Assembly (NCBI GenBank): GCA_963772365.1
Contig: CAVYXA010000003.1
Span: 224,001-288,000, forward strand
DNA length: 64,000 bases
From: an uncultured Verrucomicrobiae bacterium
GTDB taxonomy: Bacteria > Verrucomicrobiota > Verrucomicrobiia > Chthoniobacterales > UBA10450
Reading direction: 5' to 3'
A program made the position numbers and the translations under genes. A model generated the notes under the pieces. It was not told the origin of the DNA, made no database searches, and was given only the letters and a program-made list of their open reading frames with translations. Numbering within the stretch: the stretch's first letter is position 1; each line of letters opens with the position of its first letter. Shown piece after piece: positions 50,080 to 59,900 of the stretch.

Positions 50080-50893
50080 ATTGAATTCTGCAGAGATGAT
50101 ACCGGGGCACGGAGGACAGAGAGGGAGTTGCTACCTGCGTAAAATCACTCCCCGGCGTGATGGGGCTCCGGCGTTTTTGGTTCGGTCTGTTTTTCAGCTG
50201 GTTTTTGATCGGAGTCGATCCAGTCGGTGTGAAAAACGCCGGGCTTATTCGACGCGTTCGCAGAAATGCGCGCGTTCTGTAGCGCGGCGGCTGTTCGTTG
50301 GTATGAAATCCGATTCGTTTCCTGGGCGGTTCTGGGTCGGGTGGCGGATTCAGGATCTGCATCACCTCGCGCAAGATTTGCACGATCGCGGCCTCGTGGA
50401 CGTCCAAACGAGCAGTGAGCTTTTTCTCAAGAGCAGCGAGTTTCCGCGCAAGCTTGGGCGTGCCACGAAGTGCGTCGCGCATTTTGACGAATGCGCGGAT
50501 GACAAACACGCTCATCTGGACGGCACGTGGGCTGCGAAGAATATTCGCTGCCTGCAATGCCCCGTGTTCAGTGAAGGCGTACGGCAGATAGGCGGCACCT
50601 CTGTGCTTGCCTGAACTCATCGCAATTTGCGATGAGTTCTCCGGCTTTGACATAGCACTTCGCGATTTCAAAAAGTCGAACTCCTCGCGCGTGAGTTGAA
50701 ACATGAAGTCTGGTGGGAAACGGCGCCGATTGCGTTTGATCGCTTCGTTGAAGCGGAATGTTGGAACACCATAGATTCTTGCCAGGTCGCGATCCAGCAG
50801 CACCCGCACGTCGCGAACCGTACGAATCATTCCATCGATCTCCTCGATCGGGATCGGTGATTTTGATTTTCTCGGCTTGATGACGTTCTTCAT
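50057..50893 (-). CDS. ORF6N domain DNA-binding protein, translationally coupled to gnd
   Basis: VLLDRDLARIYGV, KRN..RFPPDFMFQL, PYAFTEHGA, IRAFVKMR, RIGF; ATG overlaps the gnd TGA. Confidence 0.88.
   Translation of the reverse strand: MKNVIKPRKSKSPIPIEEIDGMIRTVRDVRVLLDRDLARIYGVPTFRFNEAIKRNRRRFPPDFMFQLTREEFDFLKSRSAMSKPENSSQIAMSSGKHRGAAYLPYAFTEHGALQAANILRSPRAVQMSVFVIRAFVKMRDALRGTPKLARKLAALEKKLTARLDVHEAAIVQILREVMQILNPPPDPEPPRKRIGFHTNEQPPRYRTRAFLRTRRISPAFFTPTGSTPIKNQLKNRPNQKRRSPITPGSDFTQVATPSLSSVPRYHLCRIQYGVCNRS
50145..50272 (-). pseudogene. Orphan diverged copy of the last ~42 codons of gnd
   Basis: AHFCERV-(+1)-KPGVFHTDWIDSDQKPAEKQTEPKTPEPHHAGE* versus gnd AHTYERVDKPGVFHTEWIESDQKPAEKSTEPKTDEPHHAGE*. 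Confidence 0.9.
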
Positions 50894-52374
50894 TCGCCTG
50901 CATGATGCGGTTCGTCCGTTTTCGGTTCGGTCGATTTCTCGGCTGGTTTCTGATCCGATTCGATCCATTCGGTGTGAAAGACGCCGGGTTTATCCACGCG
51001 CTCGTAAGTATGTGCACCGAAGAAATCGCGCTGCGCTTGCAACAAATTCGAAGGCAATCGCGCGGAGCGATAACTATCGAAGTACGCGAGCGAGGCCGAA
51101 AATGCGGGCGTGGCGACGCCGTGGTCGATTGCGATAGAAACGGCCACGCGCCAATTCTCCTGTGTGTTCTTAATGATATCGGTGAAGTAAGGATCGAGGA
51201 GCAAGTTGTGGAGCGACGAATCGCGTTTGTAAGCATCGACAATCCGGTTCAAGAATTTCGCTCGGATGATGCAGCCGCCGCGCCAGATCGTAGCGATATC
51301 GCCGAAGTTGAGGTTCCAGTTGTATTGATGACTGGCGGCGCCAAGCAATTCCATTCCCTGGGCATAAGAAACTATTTTGGATGCGTAAAGCGCATTGCGT
51401 ACGGCTTCGACGAGCTTCTTGCGGTCCCCCGTGAATTTATTCGGTTTCGGCTGCGGCAGGATCTTTGAAGCGGCGACGCGTTCATCTTTGCGCGACGAGA
51501 TTACGCGCGCTTCTACTGCGGCATTAATTGTTGAGATGGCAACAGATTGCGCAATGGCGGACTGCAACGTCCAGATGCCGGTTCCTTTCTGTCCGGCTTT
51601 GTCGAGAATCACATCGACGAGCGGTTTACCGGTCTCGGGGTCTTTCTTTCGAAAAATTTGCGACGTGATTTCAATGAGATAACTGTCGAGCTCGCCTTTG
51701 TTCCATTCGGTAAAAGTATCGGCCAAGGCTTTGTTATCCATGCCGACGACGTCTTTAAGGATGGCGTAGGCTTCGCAAATTAACTGCATGTCGCCGTACT
51801 CGATGCCGTTGTGGACCATTTTGACGTAATGGCCGGCGCCATCGGGACCCATGTAACGGCAACATGGCTCACCGTCGACCTGCGCTGCGATCTTGCGATA
51901 AATCGGCGCGATAATTTCCCAAGATGCGCGCGAACCTCCGGGCATGAGAGAGGGACCTTTCAGTGCGCCTTCTTCTCCGCCGGAAACGCCCATCCCAACG
52001 TAATGAATTCCTTTCCCTTCCATTTCCTTGCAGCGGCGTTGGGTGTCGGTGAAAAGAGAATTGCCGCCGTCGATGATGACGTCGCCTTTTTCCATGAGCG
52101 GCGCGATCTCACCGATCACCTGATCGACTGGCTTCCCGGCCTTGATCATTAGCTGCGCTTTGCGCGGCTTTTTGAGAGCGCCGATGAATTCCTGGATCGT
52201 TTTAGTTGGCTGAATGTTTTTTCCTTTGGCTCGAGTAGCGGCGAATTTATCGGTCACTTCGGTCGTCCGATTGAACACGGCGACGGAGAAGCCCTTCGAT
52301 TCTATGTTGAGCACGAGGTTCTCGCCCATGACAGCCAGGCCGATCAGGCCAATATCGCATTGATTCGCGGGCAT
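50890..52374 (-). CDS. gnd: 6-phosphogluconate dehydrogenase, NADP-dependent, decarboxylating
   Basis: GLAVMG, IDGGNS, GVSGGEEGA, KMVHNGIEYGDMQ, GQKGTG, QAQRDFFGAH. Confidence 0.97.
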   Translation of the reverse strand: MPANQCDIGLIGLAVMGENLVLNIESKGFSVAVFNRTTEVTDKFAATRAKGKNIQPTKTIQEFIGALKKPRKAQLMIKAGKPVDQVIGEIAPLMEKGDVIIDGGNSLFTDTQRRCKEMEGKGIHYVGMGVSGGEEGALKGPSLMPGGSRASWEIIAPIYRKIAAQVDGEPCCRYMGPDGAGHYVKMVHNGIEYGDMQLICEAYAILKDVVGMDNKALADTFTEWNKGELDSYLIEITSQIFRKKDPETGKPLVDVILDKAGQKGTGIWTLQSAIAQSVAISTINAAVEARVISSRKDERVAASKILPQPKPNKFTGDRKKLVEAVRNALYASKIVSYAQGMELLGAASHQYNWNLNFGDIATIWRGGCIIRAKFLNRIVDAYKRDSSLHNLLLDPYFTDIIKNTQENWRVAVSIAIDHGVATPAFSASLAYFDSYRSARLPSNLLQAQRDFFGAHTYERVDKPGVFHTEWIESDQKPAEKSTEPKTDEPHHAGE

Positions 52375-52438
52375 TTTGGGTCTCCTTTGTTGACGCGGCG
52401 CAATTGCCGCAACTCACTGTAACGACCGATAAGAAGCG

Positions 52439-52885
52439 ATGGCAAACCGTGTTTGTGAAGTTTTACTGACGGAAGCGAAATTGGGAGCGACGGCAGGCGC
52501 AGTCACGTTGACTACGGATGTCGATCTCGAGTCAGGTGCGATTGTCGAGTTTTGTGGTGTCGTGCGCGAATCAGAGGATGGGCAGCAGATCGAAGGCATC
52601 CATTATGAAGCGCACGGGAAGATGGCCGAACATCAGTTGCAAATCGTAGGGCGGGAAGCGGCGGCAAAATTTGAATTGCACAGAGCAGTCATTCATCACC
52701 GCATTGGTTTTGTTCCCGCGGGAGAATCTTCGCTCTTTCTGCACGTGCGCGCGTCGCATCGCGCAGCGGCGTTCGATGCGAGCAAATGGATCGTCGATGA
52801 ATTAAAGAAAAAGGTGCCGATCTGGAAACGATCGCGATTTAAGGATCGACCCGCCTTCGTCGAGGCTACGGCGTGGCAAACATAG
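52439..52885 (+). CDS. moaE: Molybdopterin synthase catalytic subunit
   Basis: GAIVEFCGVVR, YEAH, HRIG, SHRAAAF, LKKKVPIWK. Confidence 0.9.
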   Translation: MANRVCEVLLTEAKLGATAGAVTLTTDVDLESGAIVEFCGVVRESEDGQQIEGIHYEAHGKMAEHQLQIVGREAAAKFELHRAVIHHRIGFVPAGESSLFLHVRASHRAAAFDASKWIVDELKKKVPIWKRSRFKDRPAFVEATAWQT

Positions 52886-52909
52886 CGAAAATCCAACCGT
52901 GATTACCGG

Positions 52910-53488
52910 ATGAATTGGGCAAATCGATTAACATTAAGTCGGCTGGCGTTGACCGTTCTTTTCGTGATCGCGCTCAATTCTTCCTGGCAGTATGCGCGCA
53001 CAACAGCGCTGGTTCTTTTTCTGGTGGCTGGTTTGACTGACTTTGTCGATGGCGAGATCGCCCGACGCTACGGATACATCACAAACTTTGGACAATTGAT
53101 GGATCCGCTCGTGGACAAGATCATGATCGCCGCCGCATTCATTTCACTGGTCCCGCTGAAAGCGATCCCGGCGTGGGCGGCGACAACTGTGGTGGCGCGA
53201 GATTTTTTGATCACTGGCCTTCGGTTAATGGCAAGCGCTCAAGGGCGCATTCTTCCTGCCGAACAGCTCGGGAAACAGAAGACGTCGTGGCAAATCATCA
53301 CGGTCATCTTTTTCCTCGGGCTTTTTGCCGCCAGCGAATTGCGTTTTGCCGACGAAAGATCGACATGGTGGCTGCGCGCGTGGAACCAAGCCGGTCCAAT
53401 TCTGGTCTGGATCACGGTCGCACTAACGGTTTACTCCGGACTAGGCTATGCCTGGAGGCACCGTGAACTAATTGCCTCGGACCGATAG
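52910..53488 (+). CDS. pgsA: CDP-diacylglycerol--glycerol-3-phosphate 3-phosphatidyltransferase
   Basis: ANRLTLSR, TDFVDGEIAR..G..TNFG.LMDPLVDK, GKQKT. Confidence 0.9.
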   Translation: MNWANRLTLSRLALTVLFVIALNSSWQYARTTALVLFLVAGLTDFVDGEIARRYGYITNFGQLMDPLVDKIMIAAAFISLVPLKAIPAWAATTVVARDFLITGLRLMASAQGRILPAEQLGKQKTSWQIITVIFFLGLFAASELRFADERSTWWLRAWNQAGPILVWITVALTVYSGLGYAWRHRELIASDR

Positions 53489-53498
53489 AAGCAGCCTC

Positions 53499-54050
53499 CT
53501 AGAAAAGGCTTTGAGGGACCTCGACTTTATCGCCGGGCTGAAGAGCAACATCTTTTGACGGATCGCGACGAAATTTCCGCACATCGTAAATATGAGCTTT
53601 GCTACCTCGCAGGAGGCGAACATGTTTTTGGTCGGCGAAGTCATTGAAGCCACCTGCGGCATTGATGGCGGTGAGCAGGGTCATGTCTTCCGTAAACGGA
53701 ACGCGCATCGGATTACGGACTGCGCCGCCGATATTCACGAAGCGCGCCCCCGGCTGCATGAGGATCGTGATCGTGGGGTGTGTATAGATCTTATTTCCGC
53801 GATATGCTTCCTGGATCTCCGCAGAAAGCTGGGCCGGAGTTCGCCCTGCGGCTTTGACTTTATTGATGTAAGGCAGATTGATTGAACCGCTAGCATCGAC
53901 AATATAAATGTTATTGATCTGCGATTGCTCGTTCGCCGGGACGCCACTGATGGTGACGTTAATCGGGTCGCCCACTCGAAGCAGGGCTTGGGCAGACGCA
54001 GCCGATGCCAATCCAAAGAGAAGTAGTGCTGTGGCGGTAAGAATTCTCAT
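53499..54050 (-). CDS. Polysaccharide export protein (Wza-like, poly_export plus SLBB)
   Basis: Signal peptide, LRVGD, GSINLPYI, GAVRNP, AINAAGGF, LQPGD. Confidence 0.88.
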   Translation of the reverse strand: MRILTATALLLFGLASAASAQALLRVGDPINVTISGVPANEQSQINNIYIVDASGSINLPYINKVKAAGRTPAQLSAEIQEAYRGNKIYTHPTITILMQPGARFVNIGGAVRNPMRVPFTEDMTLLTAINAAGGFNDFADQKHVRLLRGSKAHIYDVRKFRRDPSKDVALQPGDKVEVPQSLF

Positions 54051-56203
54051 CAGTATTGTTCCGGCTCGGACGAAGAACCGTTAGTGGAAACGGCGGGAGT
54101 TTTGCGGCGCCAACGGCGGGCGCTTTTGGATCCTTTTTCACCAGTCGGGTAATATCCGTAGTAGCTGGTGTAGTAATAGTAATTTTGATCGTGCTTAAGA
54201 TCGACATTGTTGAGCACCACGCCCAAAACGCTTCCTCCGACACCGAGAATCGCCTGTTTAACCCGGACGAGCATCGAGCGCGGAAAACGTCGATGCTGAA
54301 CGACTATGACAGTTTGATCGACTTCGCTGGCCAAAACTGAAGCATCGCTCACACCAAGAACGGGCGGCGAATCGACCAAAACCCAATCATAACGCGCCTT
54401 CATTTTGGCGATCAAGTCAGCCATCCGTTGAGAATTTAATACTCCCACGGCATCCGCGGGCAGAGTCCCACTGGGTAAGAGCGAGAGATTATCGACCTTA
54501 GTGGGAACGATGACGTCATCAATCGGCACATCCGTCGTGAGATAAGTTGTCAGGCCGCGCGAATTATCCAGTTCGAATAGCTCGTGCTGTCTGGGGCGGC
54601 GCAGGTCGGCATCGATTATCAATACGGAATAGCCGCCCTGAGCGGAAACAAATGCCAGATTTGCGATTGTGGTTGATTTGCCTTCGCCAAGCCCTCCGCT
54701 GATCATCGCGATACTGTTTCCGTCCGGATTTCGGCGATTGAATTCGATGTTCGTTCGCAAAATTCTGTAAGCTTCCGCGTCCGGCGAATCGCCCGGCTCC
54801 TTGTGGAGCAGGCGGATATTTCTCGGAATGATGGCCAGGACCGGAACTCCGAGAAGCTTTTCTACGTCCTCCATCGTCTTCACACTCATGTCCAGATACT
54901 CGATGAAGAAGGCCAGACCGAGACCAAGCACAAGACCGACCAATGCTCCCAGCGCCAAGTTTAATCCGACTCGCGGCAAGGCCGGCTTATCCGGAGCTTC
55001 GGCGGGCTCCTTTACACTGATGGCGACTTTGGGCATCGCCAGCTCCATGGTTTGGGTTTGTGACCGCATCCGTACGCTGTCGAGCAGGAGTTTTTCTTTG
55101 ATGTAGTTGCTCTTGGCCCGCGCATAACTGGCGTTAAGGGTTTTGGACGTGAGTTGCTTTTGATTGAGCGCGTCCAGTTGTTTCTTGAACTCGTCTCGCG
55201 TGGTTTCCGCGGCCTTTAAGTTCTTCTCCAGGGCACTGCGAACAATCGCAACCTGCTCTTTTAATTGGCGCTGATAGACGTCTTTAGTGGCTCGAAGGGC
55301 TTTCACCGAGGGATGATTCTCGCCGAGGCCAGAATTCAACATTTGTGCTTCAACAGCAATGGTATCCTGATAGGCCGGAAGAATTTTGAGAATGGTCGGG
55401 TCGTCGATATGCAACGTGGGAAGCATTCTCATGAGCTCGTCACCCTTGAGGTTCTCGACCTCCTTTAGTTGCGTTTGGAGAGCGGCCACTCTCGTCTCGG
55501 CATCGTTGACTTCGCTCTCCTGCTTCATGACGACACTATTGAGAGGCGTGATGGTATCTTCCTGTCCTTCCGGGTTAAGATCGACAATGTGTTCCTTGTC
55601 CCGGATGCGCGCGACTTCGGCCGACGCTTCGTCGACTTTCTTCTGCTGCTTGGTAACCTCTTCGTTCATGGTCGAAACCGCGCGATTCATGATCTGTTTC
55701 TCTTCCTCGACGCGCTTGTCCTGGTAAACCGACACGATTTTGTTTGCGATAGCGGCGGCTTCCTTCGGGTCCCGATCGTACACGCTGATCTGAAGGAGGT
55801 CGGTATTACGGATTTCCTCGACCTGAATCTGTTTTCGCAGCAATTCGAAACATTGCTCCCGAGTCAGTCTGCCACCTTCCTTGCTCCATTTCTCCTGCAA
55901 CTTCAGGTCATCGACCACTGGATACAGAATGCTGGTGCGTTTGACGACTTGGAAAACCGTCGGCGCGAGTTGGGGATCATGGATTGGGATGTTGGGATCG
56001 CCCGGGCCAAAAATGCGAGGATTCGCGGCCATCGATCTTACCTCGATAAACACGGAGGATTGATAGACGCGCGGCTGAAAATACGTGACGACGGCTGCCG
56101 TTATCAGGACCAACAAGAAGACGAACAAGATAAGGACCCAACGGACCTGAATTACACGCCAGTAATCGAGAAAATGCAGTCTGACTTCGTCGGTGTGCGC
56201 CAT
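54050..56203 (-). CDS. Polysaccharide biosynthesis tyrosine autokinase (Wzc-like)
   Basis: Two TM helices around a coiled-coil domain, EAYRILRTN, Walker A GEGKST, DADLRRP, DSPP, tyrosine cluster YYYYTSYYGYY. Confidence 0.93.
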   Translation of the reverse strand: MAHTDEVRLHFLDYWRVIQVRWVLILFVFLLVLITAAVVTYFQPRVYQSSVFIEVRSMAANPRIFGPGDPNIPIHDPQLAPTVFQVVKRTSILYPVVDDLKLQEKWSKEGGRLTREQCFELLRKQIQVEEIRNTDLLQISVYDRDPKEAAAIANKIVSVYQDKRVEEEKQIMNRAVSTMNEEVTKQQKKVDEASAEVARIRDKEHIVDLNPEGQEDTITPLNSVVMKQESEVNDAETRVAALQTQLKEVENLKGDELMRMLPTLHIDDPTILKILPAYQDTIAVEAQMLNSGLGENHPSVKALRATKDVYQRQLKEQVAIVRSALEKNLKAAETTRDEFKKQLDALNQKQLTSKTLNASYARAKSNYIKEKLLLDSVRMRSQTQTMELAMPKVAISVKEPAEAPDKPALPRVGLNLALGALVGLVLGLGLAFFIEYLDMSVKTMEDVEKLLGVPVLAIIPRNIRLLHKEPGDSPDAEAYRILRTNIEFNRRNPDGNSIAMISGGLGEGKSTTIANLAFVSAQGGYSVLIIDADLRRPRQHELFELDNSRGLTTYLTTDVPIDDVIVPTKVDNLSLLPSGTLPADAVGVLNSQRMADLIAKMKARYDWVLVDSPPVLGVSDASVLASEVDQTVIVVQHRRFPRSMLVRVKQAILGVGGSVLGVVLNNVDLKHDQNYYYYTSYYGYYPTGEKGSKSARRWRRKTPAVSTNGSSSEPEQY

Positions 56204-56278
56204 AAGGGAACCCTTGGAAAAGGGAGAGATACTAGCAAAAGAGACGCCAAAAGTAAAATCCCAAAGCAGGGCCGCCTC

Positions 56279-57865
56279 TCAAAAGCTGTAGGTCAGACCG
56301 CCATGAACCCGATTTCGGGAATAATCGCGATCGAAGACTCGTTGGTTGGGAGGGAAAGGATTGATGAAGGAATGGTCTGAGTCGACCGTCGTATGGGTGT
56401 AGCCAATTTCGATGCTGCAATGGTAGGACAGGCTGTAGGAGACTTGGCCGACGAAATCCACGGAGTCTTCAGAAAAACCGGCTGCACCCGGAATGATAAC
56501 CGGGCCGAAGAACCCGACCAAAAGGCGATCCGGGTCGCTATGGTAATCGCTGTGGGTGTAATAAACCGCTGCACTCCCGCTGATCTTTGGAGTGAATGCA
56601 TGGCTCGCCTGAAGACCGGTGTGAAAGGCTGTTCTGACTGGATTAGTTATCGTCTCCGGTTCTTCCAAGCCATAGTGATTGTTCCAACTGAGCGTCGTTC
56701 TTTTCCCGGCCGTGTAATTCAGGTTCGCTTCAAGATACGGTGCGTTTTCGACACGATGCGGAATCGAATCGGGATAATCGCGAAACTCTCCCCCGGCGCG
56801 GACGGACGTCGAAAGGCGCGAAGAAAATGTATGATCGAATCCGCCCAAAACGAAGTGGGACATGGAATCGCGATCAAGAAGTCGGTCGAAGAAACGAATG
56901 TGAAACGTCGGATCAAAGTATGGAGTTCGCTGGAGCACATCTCCTTCATGAGCATACGAAACGAACTCGATGCGGTACTCCGCCACCAATGCAGTCTCGG
57001 GCGTCATGATGAATCTGAATTCATCGCCGAGCGTGTTGTCGAAACGATCTTCAAACAGTCCGATCGAGCTGTCATCGTACGCCAGTGCGAAAAGGGTATA
57101 GCTCGTTACCGTCTGGAAACGCGGTGCCCAGAGATAGGCAGCATTAAAGCGATCCTGCGAATAGAAGAAATTTCCGTTTCGGAAGACGTTGCCGATCCTG
57201 TCGGCGAATTCTGGCTCCGTGACGTAGGCGTCTGAAACTTCCGCCGTCAGGGTCAGGCGCGGCGAAGCCCGATACACGATCGATAATCCTAGATTGATGT
57301 TGACGTCATAGTCCTGGCTGGCGGCAGATCCGGAGCTGGCCGGATGATCCCAGAAGTAAGTTCCGGACGCACCGGCTCGGAGCCGTAGTTGTAGCCGCGG
57401 ATCTCCCATGTCATAGGCGAGTTGAAGTGCAATGGTTGAGAAGACCGACGACTGTTTGCCCGCGCCGGTGCTTGTCGTCACATTGTCATCGTAGCCACTG
57501 AGCACGGAAGCGGAGAGATGAGCTGGCAGGGGAGCGAATTTCCCTGTACCGAAATCGCCACGACCGCCGTTATCATCCCCGCCCGTCGCAGCGGGTGGCG
57601 CGGTCGTAGTGGTTGATTCGGATGTGTCCGTTTGCGTTGCAAAAGCGTTTGCGCCTGGCGTGACCGATTCAGTCGCCGGTGAATTGCTGGCCGGTGGGTC
57701 GACCATGTCCTGGCCGCGCAGAGCAACAGGTTGAAAATAGAACCAAGAGATGACTGCGGCCAGAATCCCGAGCTTGAACAGATTAGTAAATCTCACACGT
57801 GAAATCGGTGGTTGGTCTCGGGAAACGCTAGTTTTGAACTCCAGCCGCAAGGATAGTTCCATCAA
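56279..57865 (-). CDS. Outer-membrane beta-barrel protein of a polysaccharide export locus
   Basis: GYDDNV motif, amphipathic strands, C-terminal YSRNRVHGGLTYSF; start codon uncertain. Confidence 0.8.
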   Translation of the reverse strand: MMELSLRLEFKTSVSRDQPPISRVRFTNLFKLGILAAVISWFYFQPVALRGQDMVDPPASNSPATESVTPGANAFATQTDTSESTTTTAPPAATGGDDNGGRGDFGTGKFAPLPAHLSASVLSGYDDNVTTSTGAGKQSSVFSTIALQLAYDMGDPRLQLRLRAGASGTYFWDHPASSGSAASQDYDVNINLGLSIVYRASPRLTLTAEVSDAYVTEPEFADRIGNVFRNGNFFYSQDRFNAAYLWAPRFQTVTSYTLFALAYDDSSIGLFEDRFDNTLGDEFRFIMTPETALVAEYRIEFVSYAHEGDVLQRTPYFDPTFHIRFFDRLLDRDSMSHFVLGGFDHTFSSRLSTSVRAGGEFRDYPDSIPHRVENAPYLEANLNYTAGKRTTLSWNNHYGLEEPETITNPVRTAFHTGLQASHAFTPKISGSAAVYYTHSDYHSDPDRLLVGFFGPVIIPGAAGFSEDSVDFVGQVSYSLSYHCSIEIGYTHTTVDSDHSFINPFPPNQRVFDRDYSRNRVHGGLTYSF

Positions 57866-57940
57866 AAATCCGAGGCAACAGTTTTCGTCGAGTCTCGATC
57901 CAAGCCGGCATCACCACTTCCGAAGATCGATGCAGTCTAA

Positions 57941-58063
57941 TTATTGTTGATTCTCGTCCCGCACTTCCGGCGGCGCCCTGAGCAAGCGCGCATAGGCCCA
58001 GATGACTGCGCCCCACACGAGAGCGAGTGAACACGACATGAAGAGCCAGCCCCAGCCATTCAT
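57941..58063 (-). CDS. 40-aa single-TM protein, probable small subunit of the NSS transporter (MetS-like)
   Basis: MNGWGWLFMSCSLALVWGAVIWAYARLLRAPPEVRDENQQ*; ATGA overlap with the transporter stop; absent from the ORF track. Confidence 0.7.
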   Translation of the reverse strand: MNGWGWLFMSCSLALVWGAVIWAYARLLRAPPEVRDENQQ

Positions 58064-59688
58064 AAATTCGCGCTCGTTTTCCCTTCTGCAATTGTGGCAG
58101 GTTCACTCTGCGTGCCATCAAGATCCAACCCGGCTGCGCGCCAGCGACGTTCGCCGACTGCGACAACGACCATCAATAGCACGATCACCGCAATTATGAT
58201 GCCCAATGTCGTGAGCGCCACCGGGTCCTTGCTCGTATTGGCCAGGGCAGTCGCAAAACTCGAGCGGCCGGTGTCGGCTTGCGGCCAAAAGATGTAGCCT
58301 CCGAGCACGATCAGCAGGTATGCAGGAGCGATGAATTTCATCACGAACAAAAAGAAGCGCGGAATTCGCATCAGCGCACCTTGATCAAGTTCCCTCATCC
58401 CATTGCGCAAACCCCAGACCCAACCGAAACAGATGATCTGAACGGTAGCGAGGACGAAAATGCAAAACGTTCCTACCCAATCGTCCATGGTGCTGAGTGC
58501 TGCCATGTTTTTGCTGAACCAGATTACCCAGAGCGATCCTAGGCCGCAGATTCCGGACACAATCGCTATCGCGCGGCCGGACGAAATCCCGAGCGCCTCC
58601 TCGAAGAAAGCTTTGGCTGGTTGCAACATCGAGATCGAGCTGGTGATCGCGGCCAGAAATAAAAGGAAAAACCAGGCGAATCCGACCCAGCGGCCGATGA
58701 AACCCATTTGCTGAAACACGACCGGCAGGGTCTGGAAACCTAGGCTGAATGTGCCTTGGATTTGGATCGGCCCCAAAAATACGAACGCGGCTGTGAGCGT
58801 GATCAGACCGCCGAAACCGACTTCAAATAATTCGTTGGTCGCACTCGCGGTGAAGCCGGAAAGGGCAATGTCATCCTTCTTTTTCAAATACGAGGCATAA
58901 TTCAGAATGACCCCGAACCCCACTGAAAGGCTAAAGAAAATCTGCCCGGCAGCCGCGAGCCAGGTATCGAAATCCGCCAGCTTCGAGAAATTCGGGTTCC
59001 AAAACCAGCCGAGGCCGTTGACGACATTTCGATCGGGCAAAGTTGCATCCGGAGTGCCGAGTGTGAGAACACGCACGAGCACGATCACAGCAAGTACCGC
59101 CATTGCCGGCAGTGCAAACTGGCAGAACTTCTCAATTCCACCCCTCAAGCCGCGGTAAACCAGAATGATATTCAACGTCACGACAATCGCCCAAAAGAGA
59201 GCACTGATGTGAAGGAGGCCGTTGGTGCTCGTGCCGGTGGTGTCGCCGAAAAATTGTGACGCCGCAGCGACTTGATCGGAGATCGAACCAGTCAGGTTAA
59301 CGCTTCCGGTGAGATAAGCCCATGAGTATTCCAGGCACCACGCCTCGATATAAACGTAATACATGTAAACGACCATCGGGATCAGCACCGAAATAACGCC
59401 GAGATAACGCGCCACTTTTCCGCGCCCGATTACGCCGAGAATGGCCGGGCCATTGTGAAATCCTTTTTCGCCCCCGTAGCGAGCCATTGCCCATTCCGCC
59501 CAGCCAATTGGCAAAGCCAGAAGTAATAGCGCGCAAATGTACGGGATCATAAACGCGCCTCCGCCATGTTGATATGCCTGGCCCGGGAACCGCAGGAAAT
59601 TCCCGAGACCGACGGCCGACCCGGAGACGGCCAGGATCACTCCAACACGCGTTCCCCATTCCATCTTTTTCTTCTGCGGCCCGTTCAT
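58060..59688 (-). CDS. Sodium-dependent transporter, NSS (SNF) family
   Basis: GSAVGLGNFLRFP...GGGAFMIPY, GQIFFSLSVG, YASY, AAITSSISML. Confidence 0.95.
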   Translation of the reverse strand: MNGPQKKKMEWGTRVGVILAVSGSAVGLGNFLRFPGQAYQHGGGAFMIPYICALLLLALPIGWAEWAMARYGGEKGFHNGPAILGVIGRGKVARYLGVISVLIPMVVYMYYVYIEAWCLEYSWAYLTGSVNLTGSISDQVAAASQFFGDTTGTSTNGLLHISALFWAIVVTLNIILVYRGLRGGIEKFCQFALPAMAVLAVIVLVRVLTLGTPDATLPDRNVVNGLGWFWNPNFSKLADFDTWLAAAGQIFFSLSVGFGVILNYASYLKKKDDIALSGFTASATNELFEVGFGGLITLTAAFVFLGPIQIQGTFSLGFQTLPVVFQQMGFIGRWVGFAWFFLLFLAAITSSISMLQPAKAFFEEALGISSGRAIAIVSGICGLGSLWVIWFSKNMAALSTMDDWVGTFCIFVLATVQIICFGWVWGLRNGMRELDQGALMRIPRFFLFVMKFIAPAYLLIVLGGYIFWPQADTGRSSFATALANTSKDPVALTTLGIIIAVIVLLMVVVAVGERRWRAAGLDLDGTQSEPATIAEGKTSANL

Positions 59689-59900
59689 TGGCGTCCTCTT
59701 TAGCGGGATGAGTGAAGCTTGGCAACCAGATTCATGCCAAAAGCCTGCCCGGTGGTAATCAGAGCGCAGTTTGGCCCAGTCAGTGCTTCAAAGCATCCAT
59801 CAACCCTGTTGAGTCGATGGTCCCGACAGCTGACTCCCGCACTGCGGTATCGCCAAGTTATTCCGTGGCGCGGGCGCCGGCCATCTCCCAATTGGGTGAC

